DNA from: Selaginella moellendorffii
Taxonomy: Eukaryota > Plantae > Lycopodiophyta
Assembly: GCF_000143415.4 (NCBI RefSeq)
Contig: NW_003314302.1
Location: 80,065-144,064, forward strand
Direction of reading: 5' to 3'
DNA: 64,000 nt
In this document: positions 27,614 to 41,756 of the stretch, one piece after another
Numbering within the stretch: the stretch's first letter is position 1
How the letters are laid out: the number at the start of each line of letters is the position of its first letter
Program-made: the position numbers and the translations under genes
Notes under the pieces: generated by a model
Told to the model about the DNA's origin: nothing
The model's input: only the letters and a program-made list of their open reading frames with translations
Database searches by the model: none

Positions 27614-27899
27614 CCCTTTAAATCCCAAATCTTAGATGCATCTCTTACTTCGACTAGGAAGAAATACTATGGCATAATAGCTTGGTATAGATACCTGTAC
27701 TCCCCCACTTCCATCCCGAAAGGAAAGCCCAAACCTCTGGGAAGGAGCAAGGACCAATGAGTCACATAGTACTCAAGTGAGGCATCATTGCACTTGAGCC
27801 AAGAGCACCACAATTGGTTTGTTTTCTAGGAGTGGGAGCTATTTTTAAGCATTTCCTTGGATGGCCTCTATGGCACCATTTGAGTCCATGCTCACTTTC

Positions 27900-30800
27900 A
27901 CTAAGGCCTCTAACCCCCAATTTCAACCTTAAGTCAGTTTGGAAACACTATTGAAGAGTTCCTTCAAGACTAGTTCATAGACTTCACTATCCCTACTATA
28001 CTTTTACAACCTTTTCCAGCTGGGAAACAATTGTTTTATGCCTTTACCCCAAGTATTCAGACTTGGTCTCAGACTCAATCTTGGACTTGATTTCAAACTT
28101 GACTTTAGACTTGGTCTCAAACTCAATCTTGGACTCGGTCTCAGACTCGATCCTGGAACACAAGATGCATCTTTCCCAGCTTTTGGGGAAGTTAGAGGTG
28201 GTAAGCCACCTTACCAATTCAAGCCTTAATCACATAAAGTTTTGTGAACTCACTTAAGGAACTCAAAATCAATTTATTTTTAGAAATACATATATTTTAC
28301 CATTGGGTCAATTTCCAGTTGATCCCACTTATTAATCTTAGGTTCTTGGTGTTTAACCACACTTTCTCCCCAAGTTAGAACTTTACGTCTTGGCGCTTCT
28401 ATTTTGCATATTTGGTTTGCCTTTGTTAAACTCGTTCCAAAGAATCCCTTACTAAATTCTAAATGTTGAATCTTTCCATCGTGAACACCTTCACTATGGG
28501 TAACTCTCTATAATACTCAACTACACCAAGTTTCATGAGATCTTCAATAGCTCACCCATTGATGATTTCGTATGGACTCACCCCGATACTCAAATGTGGT
28601 GAATTGTTATAGCATATTTCCATAAGTCCTAAATGACTTACCCAATTAGTTTGGTCTTTAAAGACATAAGACTGTAAATAATCCCCTAATTGCCTATTCA
28701 CCCAGTCCATTTATTCATCTATTAAGAAGTGTCATTGCCATCATACTTGACTCAATACCCAATACCTTTTTGTGAATGATAAGTTGTGCTAAATTTTAGC
28801 TTAGTGCAATACTGTTCTAAGAGAGTTCTCTAGAACTTATTGGTGAAAATCTTATCTTAATCTGAAATAATTTTTTCTAGCCTTCCCCACACTCAAACCA
28901 TTTAATTAAAGAATAGTTTCGCCACACCTTCTACATCCACTTCCATTGTGGTGGGTATGAAATGTGCCATTTTAGAAAATCAATCCACCAACACGAATAT
29001 CATATTAAACCCCTCACTTAAGGGGGAATCCCATGATGAAGTCCATCATAAAACATTTTCACGATTTAGGAGACTTTGTTACAAACCTTCATTAGCCTTA
29101 GTCATGGCTTTTATTTGCTAAAATATTAAACATCTCTTTATATAATCTTAAATGTCCTTAGTCATGTTTGGCTAATGATACTTCCTTTTCAATAAGCCCA
29201 TCATCTTGGGCACTCTACCATATCTTGTAAGAAGTCTATTATAACACTCTTCTAAGGCTACTTTCTTTAGTTCCCCTTGTGGAACATACACCCTTGCTTG
29301 TTTATAATAAATGAGTTCATTGTGTTTTATATAATCCATTTTCTCTTCTGTAGGTAGCTCGCCTCTCTGATGAGCCTCCCACGCCTCATAGTTCCTTAGC
29401 AAGACTTTTTGTGCTAGACCATCGTCTTTACAGACTATTCGCACATTATCCCAAAAGGTTATTGTTGCACTAGATATCACCAACTTTAAACTTGCTTTTT
29501 GACTTAGAGTGTTTGCTACAATATTTCTCTTCCTAAGTTATATAGAATTTCGTATTCGAATTCGACTGAAGCATTGGCCCACCAATCCTATTTTCCTCGT
29601 AAGTTAGGGTATGACAAAAAGTGTTTTATTACTACATTATCTATATAAACTTTGAAGTGCTTCCTAAGGTAGTGTTGCCACTCCTTGAGCTCTTTGACCA
29701 TTATAAATACTTTTTGTTATAGGCAAGCCACTTTTGCTGAGTATTGTCTAATTTCTTCGAGAAGAATACCACTAGATGGTTATCTTGTTTTAAAACTGCA
29801 CTTAATGCAAAGTTTGAAGTGTCCATTTCTACCTTGTAGTCCTTACCAAATTTTGGTAACACCAATATAGAAGTCTTCCTCAATTTCCTTTTGAAATGGA
29901 CAAATGCCACATTGCATTTTGCTATTCATACTATCTTTCTTTTTCCCATTTAGTCCGTTAAAGGTAGAGTTACATTCAAATAGTGTTTAATAAACTTTTG
30001 ATGGTAGTTACATAGCTCTAAGAATGCCTTTAACTCGTGTACATTCAATAGTCATTCCTATTTTTGGATCGCTTGGACCTTCTTAAAGTCCACTTTAAAA
30101 ATATCCTTGCTTAACACATGCTCAAGAAACTTTATTTCTTTTTTAGCAAAGTCACATTTACTTTTTTTAGCATACAATTTATATTCCCTTAGTTTCTTGA
30201 ACACTTTAGTCAAGTGTTTGGCATACTCCTTTAAATTAACATGTCATCAATATATACAACCACGAAGTGATTAAGGTAGGGTACAAAAATTTGATTCATT
30301 AATATCGAGAATCTTGCTAGTATATTGCACAGCCCAAAGGGCATCACTAAAAACTCAAAGCTTCTATACCTCATTTGATAGGTTGTTTTCTCGGCATCTT
30401 CCTCTACTACCATGATTTAGTAATATTCTGACCTTAGGTAAATTTCGAGAAGTATTTCACCTTTCTCAACCTATTGAATAAATCCTCAATCCTTGGTAAA
30501 TGGTATTTATTCTTCTTTGTATATTTGTTGAATAACCAATAATCTATGCACATGTGCATAGATCTATCTTTCTTTTTCATAAATAAAATTGGTGCCCTAT
30601 ATGGTGATTTGTTCAATCTAATATACCCTTTATCCACCAACTCCTCAAGTTAGCACTTGATCTCCTTAAGTTCTTTTTCATTTAACAGATAGGGGGGATG
30701 AACCACCGCCTTAGCACTCTTGACTAACTCGATTTTATATTTTATCAATCGTGCGGGGGGTAATCCTGTCAATAACTTCTCTAATATGGTATTTTAGAAT

Positions 30801-31460
30801 TGGTTTAACACCTATTGAATCACTAAAGGTATTTTTTCTGTTTCTATCTTTTTTTTTACTCCCCACTTAAAATAAGCATAAAAATGTTGCCATGATTCCT
30901 TTAATGAGTTGTCCTTTGGTGGATATGAGGTTTAAACATGAGTCTTTAGCCTTATATTGCCTTATATTGCTTTACCTTTAGATCTTGGGCTTCCACCATG
31001 GATTGTTTTCCTCAAGCATTCATCAATACCACCAAGCTCCTATATTTTCCATGCAAAGTTATCACAAACCAATTGAATTAATCTATCCTAAAAATCATGT
31101 CAAATCTTGCTATGTTCAACACAATGAAATCCATATATACTTTTCATGTCTCTACTTCGACTTTTGCTTGTTGAAGTCCTTCATCAATGCTTTCAATGTT
31201 TCGGGTACTTGAATAAACTCTATAGTCTTTGATTCACTTAACCATTGCACTATTAATCTGGTTTGCCAGATTATATCTATAACCATAAAATTATTCAAAC
31301 CACCCATGTTAATAAAATTTTAATAAAGCTACCTTCAAACTTCCCTTAGAGGGCTAGTAGATATCTCAAATAATTCTATACCAAAGTCGCTCTTGTAATA
31401 AATAACTTTGAGTTAAGGACTAAATCACATGCCTTAGTTTGGACTTCACCTGACTTAATA
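27900..31460 (-). mobile_element. Degenerate Ty3/gypsy pol region (RT-RNase H-integrase)
   Basis: RT: [52 protein letters not shown]; RNase H: DTSNFALSAVL; integrase: RVYVPQGELK; many stops; LTRs not identified. Confidence 0.9.
28058..28153. repeat. Low-complexity 6/12-bp tandem repeat inside the gypsy 3' region
   Basis: Recurring AGACTTGGTCTC / AGACTC / GGACTT units. Confidence 0.6.
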
Positions 31461-31699
31461 GCCATGAATAACTTTTAGAAAACTTGACTCAATTTTTTAT
31501 TTTGAATTAGCTTTAATAAATATAAACTCCAAAATGAAAGTATATGAAAAAAAATAAAAATTATCAATTGCCTATGCTTGTTGAAAACCATGCACTAAAC
31601 AACTTAATTTACAGACAATACAATTATAACAGATATTTAATAATAAGTTTTTTAATTTTAGCAATAACTAGTTAACTATATTCAAATATTTAATAGATG

Positions 31700-32474
31700 A
31701 ATATTCCACTGAAATAAATTTTCTTTATATTTATTGATGGTTTGAGTTGCACTAGTGGAATTTTTGTGCTAAATACAATAATACATGATCAAATATTAAT
31801 TAATATTAAAACTGTATAAACTGGTATAACAAGCACTTTGCTTTACAATGGTCGCACATCTCATATAACATTTAAAATTCACTTCCAATAAATGAAACAT
31901 AATAGTGAGTTGGAAAAAAAATTAAAGCTATTCAATTACTTATTTAGGATGAAATTAATATGGTTCATACATATGCATTTACAATAGTTGATCATCATTT
32001 GAGATATTTTAAACAAAACAACAGTTGTATTGTTATTATTACTTTTGGGGCTTTTAGAATAAAATTGCCTATAATCCCACATGGCCATAGAGCTGAAATT
32101 GTAGCAATATCTGTTAGAATTAATAGATTGTGGAACACTTTTAGAAATGCAACTACATATTAATATGCTTCTTGAATCAGCTTATATATAATGGGTTGAT
32201 TGGTTGTTGCAAGTGGGAAATAATTATATTTGAGACATTTCATTATCTCTTATTTCTATAATTATTCCTTTTGATCAAATGTTTATGACTTCTATAAAAT
32301 ATTTTGTATTTCCACATTTAGAAGATATCACAAATATAAATTTTTCTGAAAAGGATTTAATTAATAACACTATAATATCAAAATTAAAAAATTACACTTT
32401 AAAATGTAGATGAACCACTATTATGAGGATTTTTCAACTGAATTTTAAACTCAATTACCCTTTTACTACATAAA
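31700..32474 (+). mobile_element. Helitron RepHel PIF1-helicase remnant
   Basis: GITSTLLYNGRTSH..FKI, LI*DEINMV...VDHHLR, FGAFR..LPIIPHGHRAEIV...LWNTF, WLLQVG follow PIF1 helicase motif order; cut by the N gap. Confidence 0.75.
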
Positions 32475-32574
32475 NNNNNNNNNNNNNNNNNNNNNNNNNN
32501 NNNNNNNNNNNNNNNNNNNNNNNNNNNNNNNNNNNNNNNNNNNNNNNNNNNNNNNNNNNNNNNNNNNNNNNNNN
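32475..32574. other. Assembly gap (100 N)
   Basis: Run of n characters. Confidence 1.
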
Positions 32575-32648
32575 TGTATGGGGCCAAATTATTATTAAAA
32601 AACTTGCAATCAATAGTGAAATAATTACTAGTCAATATAAAAAGATAT

Positions 32649-33218
32649 TATAAAAAAATAAAGGGAAAAACTTAATAAACAATCCATAAAAGTTTATATA
32701 TAAAAGAAAAGGCCTATAAATAAGAGTGCATTTCTTTTTTTCAATTGGTTAAAGGTTTTAGAATATTTGAGGTTAAACATTGAATCGTACTAGGCTGAGT
32801 GACATTTTAGAAAGTCCAAATTTAGGGGTTTACATTTGGTATGAAAAAAGTTTCGAATCTGACTCTATTAATTAGCTAAGGGAATCACACCATTTGCTAA
32901 GATTAATATTTGCCTTCAATTGAGATTGATATAAGCGATAGGGTATCAAGAGAGTGGGGCTCTCAAATTATAACTTTCAACTTTTGTTTATGAGAGTGTG
33001 AATTTATAAGAAAGTATAGTGGATTGTAAAAAACTAAAAGGAATAATTCAAAAGACGATTTATAAGGGTTTAACTATAGAGAGAAAGGGCCATAAATAAA
33101 AGTACACCCCCTTTTCCAAATGGTTAAGAATTTTTAGATACTTGTGGTTAAGTGTTTTTTTATTTGAATAATACTAAGTTGAATGACCTCCCAAGAAGTC
33201 CAAATTTAAGAGTTTACA
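32649..33218 (+). mobile_element. Full-length non-autonomous TRIM (~570 bp) with 5S-derived LTRs (Cassandra-like)
   Basis: LTR1 32649-32834 (TATAAA...TTACA), PBS-like TGGTATGAAA, ~190-bp non-coding interior, purine-rich AAGAAAGTATAGTGGAT, LTR2 33025-33218 (TGTAA...TTACA); flanks GATAT/AATAC. Confidence 0.78.
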
Positions 33219-33569
33219 AATACAAGCATTTATTTCTTGAAATACATTAATACCTTTTAACAATGAAACTCCATTCAAAAAGTCAAGAATACAATTTCTT
33301 ATATGTTTGGGTTATTGTCTAACTATTTTAAAATGTAAAGGGCAAACATTTAAATAAGTTTAATGACTATTTATATTACTTTGTTGTCACTCCTAGCCAA
33401 TTATATGTTGCTTTTTCTAGATACACATTACCAAATAATCTACCTATTAAAATACAAAACTCTCCTTGACAAGGACCACAAATTTAATCTAACCCTCAAG
33501 TCTCAACAATTAACACTATATTAAAGAAGTATTATACTAATCATATATAATATTATCACACTATTTTTA

Positions 33570-33785
<216 letters not shown>

Positions 33786-33821
33786 AAAATGCTGAAATTT
33801 ATGCTTTGGAATCTGCTTGTG

Positions 33822-34131
33822 CGATTTTCATTCTTTGTTTTAAGAAGTTTCTTTTATTTTCAGGATAAACATCCCTGGCTGCTGCCCACATTCTCTAGCA
33901 AATATCATGCCAAAGTGTTGAGACGCGAATCTCAATAGAAGACCAACATGAGGAGCTCCTGATGGGCATGACCTCACGGTCTGCTTTTGCTTCTGCTGAG
34001 CAAAAGCCAGGGGAAAAAAGAGGGGTGGGAACAAGGAACATAGAGAAGAGGACAAAGAACAAAGAACAAAGAACAAATGAGTGGCCATGGAAGCAAACAA
34101 ACATCAATTCTTATGTTCCATTTTGGTGGTT
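33822..34131 (+). pseudogene. Decayed copy of the last intron, last exon and 3' UTR of the kinase gene (~19410-19800)
   Basis: AAACATCCCTGGCTGCTGCCC...AATATCATGC..AAGTGTTG..ACGCGAATC...TAGAAGACC shared with source; TGG->TGA stop and deletions. Confidence 0.85.
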
Positions 34132-34291
34132 TCTTTCTTTATTTTTTATTTTTAAAAACGAAGCATAGTTAAAGGCCACTTTGCTTGTTTTAAAACAGAA
34201 GCATAGTTCAAGCCCACTTTCTTTGTTCTTACTGAGTTGTGATAGATAATATTGGTTATGTTGCCATTAGCATAATAGCATAATAACAAGT

Positions 34292-34721
34292 ATGAATGCT
34301 GCTTTGAAATTAGTTTTTGCATTGACGCTTTTCACCTCTTATAATTATGTTGCTGTAAGTGTTATTATTTTTCTGTTTTAGAATTTTTTTTATTTTATTA
34401 TTTTGGCAGGGAGAGGTGTGTCGAGATTTTAAATTCACCTGCAAAGAAATTGCTTTCTTTAGGCAATGGATCCATGTTAGGTGTCCTCCAGATTTTGAAG
34501 ACGAGTATTTAGATCTCAACAGACTTTATGGAAATAATGGTGGGGATTTAGTGCTTGGCGGTGGTTTTCTAAGTTCTTGTAGTGCTGAAATGTATGATAC
34601 TGTATTAGTTACAACATGTAATACTGGAGTAAAGGATGAAGTAAGGACATCGCAAAGAGAAATGAATAATTTCATAAAAAATGAAAATGGTGCTCCTGTA
34701 TTTTGTGTTCCACCTTTGTGA
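34292..34721 (+). CDS. Secreted CVNH lectin, copy 2 (exons 34292-34354, 34410-34721)
   Basis: Signal peptide MNAALKLVFALTLFTSYNYVA; same intron position as copy 1; LDLNRLYGNNGGDL, GFLSSC, EMNNFIKNENG, FCVPPL*. Confidence 0.85.
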
Positions 34722-34930
34722 TTGTGATTTGTATAAATCTGGTCTAGATTTGAGTTAATAAAATTCCTAATATATTTATCTGGTCTAGAGTTGATATTGA
34801 TATTTTTTGGATGGTTTGTCAATAATAGGCAGATGCCAAAGTATATTCTTATTGCAAAAAATGAGGTCAAGGAAGTTTAATTCTTTATCAATGTCTTAAC
34901 CCTATTCTCAGCTCTAGTGAGTGTGTGTTT

Positions 34931-35866
34931 ATGGCGATTCTTCCATGGGGGAGGAGCGCGGCGAGGTTCCTCCTTTTGGCGCTAGGCCTGGCGGTGGCGC
35001 TGCTGGAATCGATCAATGCGGCCGTGGACACGAACCCGGTGTTCAATCCGTGTGGCGACACTAGGGTTCAGGTTCTGGATGGATTCACGTTTGGATTGGC
35101 GTTCAGCAGCAACTCCTCCTTCTTCCTCGGCCGCTCCCAGCTCTCGCCCTGCGATCGCCGCTTGAGCAATCTCTACAGCGGCCGGATCGCGGCGTTCCGG
35201 CCAAGGGTCGACGAGATCAGCTTGCTCACTGTCAACGATACCAGCACCCTCAATGCTGTAAGTCGCTCGCATCTCTTGCGGATCTGGCTGGATCAATGGG
35301 AACTTCGTGTGAAATTGTTCTTGGTTTTCTCGCCGTTCTTTGTTTGTTCTCACTGCGTAGCGATCTTTTCAGGACAATGGAAACGAACTCTACATGGTCA
35401 GCTACGCGGGGAGCCGATTCGGTGCCAGATCCAAGCCACATTTCGTCGGAGACAACGAGAAGATCGTCACAAGTTTCACCCTGGTCAGCTTCTCTTGCAA
35501 GAAGATCAAACAGGATCTTTATAAACATCTCGCGCCCCTCTTTCCCTGTTCTTCCAGGTGCTCGAGTTCCGCAAGGGCCGATTGATCAACATGCTCTGGA
35601 AGGGCAACGATTGCAAGTCGTGCTCCGACGGCCGCGACGATTTCGTGTGCCTCAAGAGCGGCGACTGCGCCGTTCGTCTCTCGCATTGCAGGCATCGCGG
35701 CGGCCGAGTGGATTGCAGCATTGGGATCACTGTCACCTTCTCTGGGACTGACAAGAACAACGTTGTTCTAAACACCTGGTACCAAGTCGCCAAGCTCCAG
35801 CAATACTCCCTCTACAACCTCTACTCGAATCTCAAAAGCTCCGTGTGGAGCCAACTCTTCTTCTAG
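34931..35866 (+). CDS. Expp1-like conserved plant secreted protein, 3 exons
   Basis: Signal peptide; DTNPVFNPC.D..VQ..DGFTFGLAF, LSPCDRRL, FRPRVDEISLLT, VTSFTLVLEF.KGRL.N..WK, FSGTDK, QYSLY.LYSNLK. Confidence 0.82.
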
Positions 35867-35929
35867 CGTTCTAGCGTTTTCTCTTTTGGTTATTTGTATT
35901 TTGTGCTTAACAATGATATACTCTATATA

Positions 35930-37180
35930 TCTAACCTACTATTTGTGCTAACCAATTGAAAGAAACCATGCCGCCAAGATATGTCCGCTGGCCCGCAAAT
36001 GTAGGACAGAATATTAGAGTGATATTCTTTAGGCGGGTGGTCGAATATTCTGGAGCAGAGCATTGTGCCAAAGCTTTAAAATTGCATCTGCTTATGCATT
36101 TGAGTTTCAAATGATTACTTTTGATATTTTGTGGAAACAATGCTGCTCTTAAGGAGAATGTGATACACCTTTGCTCAACTGGTGAGAGTATTGGAGTATC
36201 ATGGCCAGCACCCTTTGCAACCCCTACACACTATTTCTTCTAGTAGCCAGCAGCACCAGTGGTGAGCAGCAGCAAGTGGCAAAACGGCTCACCAGATCAT
36301 CAAAACAGTTTACTATAATCCGTGGGTCTCATGCTTCTTGGTACCTTGTAATGAACGAATGAATGAAAACAAATCTTTTGTTGATTCAAACAAGATTCCT
36401 GGTTGATGAGGGAGGCAGCATTTATGAGGTAGCTCATGACTTGGTCTAGGGTTGCAAATATTCTTTTCCAATTGAGATATAATTCCCTCAACTAAAGGTC
36501 CACATGACAAACTGTATGGAAGAAAATGAAGCAACTAAATCTTTTGGTTGCAACAAGGTGCCATTGGGATCATGATCTGGAATCTGGTATGTTCCCGATC
36601 TAGATGAACACAATACAATACCTTCTGAACCTGATGGGCCAAAGAATTATGCGAGAGAATTATGCTACCATTGACCTTGCAGACACAACTGGACAAGGGT
36701 AGTGGCAAAAACTTTGCTTGTGAACTACACATCGTGGAATGGATCTTGACACTCTGCTTGATGAAAACATTGCCTATGTCCCAGCACACTGGCTTGAATG
36801 AGCATTTGAATGGTGGCTCCAAGGTGCGGATCAAGATCCACCACGGTCAACAAGGATCGGACAATTACTATTGACCCATGGGACGGAAACATCGCAGAAT
36901 TTTGGCACGATACAGAACAGGCTACCACCATCTTCACTCTGAGCTCGGCACTTGGGACATATGCAAAGTGCCATGGGAGGGACGAATTTGCTACTTATGC
37001 GCTCAAGCGATCAAAACTGTCGAATTTGTCCAAGATTGCATAGCTTACGACCAACAGCGAGCTGCAGAACCACTCCTCGACTTCCCAATTCTACTTCAAC
37101 ACAAAAGAACACATTTGACTCGGCAAATACAACACACCTCCACAAAGAGGTGCTGGCCATCCTTGAACCACACCGTTGCC
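35930..37180 (+). mobile_element. Decayed non-LTR retrotransposon (LINE) ORF2 3' part
   Basis: LARYRTGYHHLHSELGTW..KVPWEGRICYLC...FVQDCIAYDQQR resembles the C-terminal zinc-finger region of RTEX/L2-type elements; upstream RT traces weak. Confidence 0.6.
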
Positions 37181-38303
37181 AACTTCAAACGAAACTCTAA
37201 CACCATCTGCTTCAAGCTAAGACATCTCCTACATTCCACCTCCAACTTGAAGATCACCATCATTCCTGTTGTTGTGATCAACTCGACCGTTTTCGTGAGA
37301 TTTACGGACTGGCCAGTAGAGCACAAAAGAAAACAACACCCGATGAAGGCAGCGGTTTTGCACGATGTCCTTCTGATTGCGGGCCAAGCTAGTTAACATC
37401 CGTCTCAGAAAAGCCAAAGTAAAAGGATTGCGTCCCTTGACCACGCTTGACAGGGGCTTGACAACAAACTGGACAGAAGAGTCCTGTAGCAGTGTTTTTC
37501 TAACATTAAAAAAAAAAAAAACAAACAATTCCACCTAGAATGAAACGAAACGAAACGATTTTAGAAGTCACTTTGGAACTCTTTTCACACTCCATTGCAT
37601 AAAATATTCTTGAACCTCAAAATTACATTTGATCACAACAACAGGAATTGCCATGGCTTCAGACATGAGCTCCAAAGATGGCAGCCTCACCGCAAGCGAT
37701 GGCTCTGTGTTCATGCTGAAACGTAGAAAACCCGTAGACATCTCACGACGACCTTAGAAGTCACTGGGTAACTCAGCATTCAAACTCCTACTGCACTGAA
37801 ATAATTATGCCCATTCAACTTCATGCGTTCTTTCTCTGACTTTCTGCTTTCACTTTAGTCCACTTTAGTCCATACAATGGATGGGTCAACCCGTCCATCA
37901 AAGATTTTAGTTTCTCCCCTAAAGTATATCCCTGCCACCCAAGCGATCCAAGTGTGTTCTTGCTGATCCTCCACTGCTGCTGGAAACACGCTCTTGCTGC
38001 TTGAGTTTAGCCATGACTTGCAAACCACAGAGACACCTTGCGTACCCGGCGGCTAAGCTCTGTCATGGCGCGAGCCGATCAATGGAGACTTGCATGCATA
38101 GACCTGTCACTCCCATGTCTTCCCTCCCGTGCTACCCGCCCATTGGCATCCAAAAGCATGTATACCGCTATTGTGCTAGGTTTTTTCTGTAACGGACGTT
38201 TGAGATCTTGACACGTGCGCAACTGTGCCGCCAAGATATTTCCACGTATCGCGGTCGGGAGATATTTGCATCCAGCTAATGTCTTAGGGTTCTAGCGGGT
38301 GCG

Positions 38304-38362
38304 AGAATATTCTAGAGACTTCCTATGCAACATGAATCGCCATAGCTCGCATAGGTATATAA
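38304..38362 (+). promoter_or_regulatory. Heat-shock element plus TATA box of the HSF gene
   Basis: aGAAtaTTCtaGAGacTTCc at 38304-38323; TATATAA at 38356-38362. Confidence 0.7.
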
Positions 38363-38456
38363 TGGCTCCGCCTCTCCCGGGGAGGAGGGAAATTTTTCTA
38401 GGGTCTGGGACATCGTCGCGCAGGTATAGCGATCGTCGCGCGGATGATCTGTTGGA

Positions 38457-40115
<1,659 letters not shown>

Positions 40116-40414
40116 TCATCGCGAGAATCCAGCGTTCTCTTTGGTTGTTTCGTTCTTGACTCGTTCTCGCAATGTTCTGTATGACTTTTTTTGCGTTGAC
40201 TATAAACATGATCGACTACTTTAAACTAAGATTGACCGGGTCCATTCAAGCATAGACGCGTCGCACTGCTAGCCTCACACGTGTCGAAATCCTTACCCCT
40301 TTCGCAGACACGTGTCGCCACGTTCGCAGACAGCTGGCTCCATCCAAGAGAACACGTGGCGCAAATCCTACCGTCGCATTTAATAAAACCAGTTTCATGC
40401 GCATTCAATGGCCG

Positions 40415-41009
40415 CTACGGGAACTCTGCCAAGGCTCGGAGCTTTTGCCTGAAGAATCCGATGGTGGAGCTCGCAACCAGCACTGCGATCTTACTGCAAG
40501 AGCTGCCCAAGGAGAGGCCACTTGTGTTAGCAAGACGATCGATCGATCGATCGATCGCTAGAGCATACCTGTCTATGGGATCATAGTAGTCGTCATCGTC
40601 TTGGTTGAGCACCACGGGATAGCTTTGATCTTGCTGCTGGTAGCAGGGCTTGCGCGGAGAGAGGGCGGGGAGATTGCCGATGGCCACGCCGCAAACGTCA
40701 CACGAGGAGTTCCCTCGGATGCTAAACCACCGCACCGCGCAGTCGACATGAGCAATGGCAAGCTCACCTTTGCAAGCGCAGTCCATTTGGATCCACTCCT
40801 CCTGCTCCACGCCCATCAGGCAAATCCGGCAGGACTGTGACACTCGAGGCTCATCTCGAGACTCGAGACTCCCTGTGCGAGAAAAAAAAAAAAAGGAGCT
40901 ATCTAAAGAACTCGCAAAAATGAATGGAACTTAAGAAGAGCGAACCTGGGATCCTTGCAAGGCCCGACTGCTCGACGAGGATGTGGCTTCTCAAGCTGAT
41001 GGTGTCCAT
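40415..41009 (-). CDS. Small RINGv (RING-CH, C4HC3) protein
   Basis: CRIC...CACKGELAIAHVDCAVRWFSIRGNSSCDVC; short first exon from ATG 41009; 3' structure uncertain. Confidence 0.72.
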
Positions 41010-41756
41010 GACAAATTCATCCCATGCGTCCTTCCACCATCGTCATGTGGGATTGAGTCGTTCGAGAGTCGCTTCGCCTTGTGTGCTCGGTGGGTGAGCG
41101 AGGCGCAATGAATTTCTGTAACAAAAGAAGAACTGTTTTAACTGAAGAACCAAAAATAAAAGCTGTAACGGCGCATAATGAAGAACCAAGGACAGCAGAA
41201 TCGCAGACTAGAGCAGGGAGAGATATATTACCAGCAATCTCTCCTTATTTCGCATCTTCCGCGTCGTCTTCTCCTAGCTGCGAGATTAAGTTGCTAAGTT
41301 TGTAGAACAAGAAGAGAAAAAGCAAAGTTCTCACCTCCCTGGCTTCCTGGCTTGAAAGTTACTACTGGTAAGATTTGTCCATAGCGACAATCCTGCACGA
41401 AAAACAGCAGCTCCATGTTAAAAACCAACAAACTCTCTTTTGCTTTTGAAAGCTCGGTACCTTTTTCTTTGCCAAAGTACAAAAGCCTTCTTTCACAAGA
41501 AAGCGAGTTTTGCTGCACAGAGAGATCGCATGGATAGAGCTCCCACCTGCCTGTGATTAATGTCAGGAAGAAGAGGATTGACTTACCCAGACCAGACTAT
41601 AAATCAAGAATCAATCATCGTTTTCTTATTTCGTTACTATATGTACGAACATACGTAAACTCCCTAAACTCGAGTGAAAAAGATGTGTTTCCATCTTTCC
41701 TGGATAAACTATGCACAAGTTAAAACCGAAAACTCTCCAGTGCAAGTTACCTGCGC

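Noticed and set aside
37200-38200. Short ORFs and an A-run at ~37508 as a LINE tail
   Set aside because: The A-run is ~300 bp from the LINE relic with no TSD found; the ORFs have no recognisable homology.
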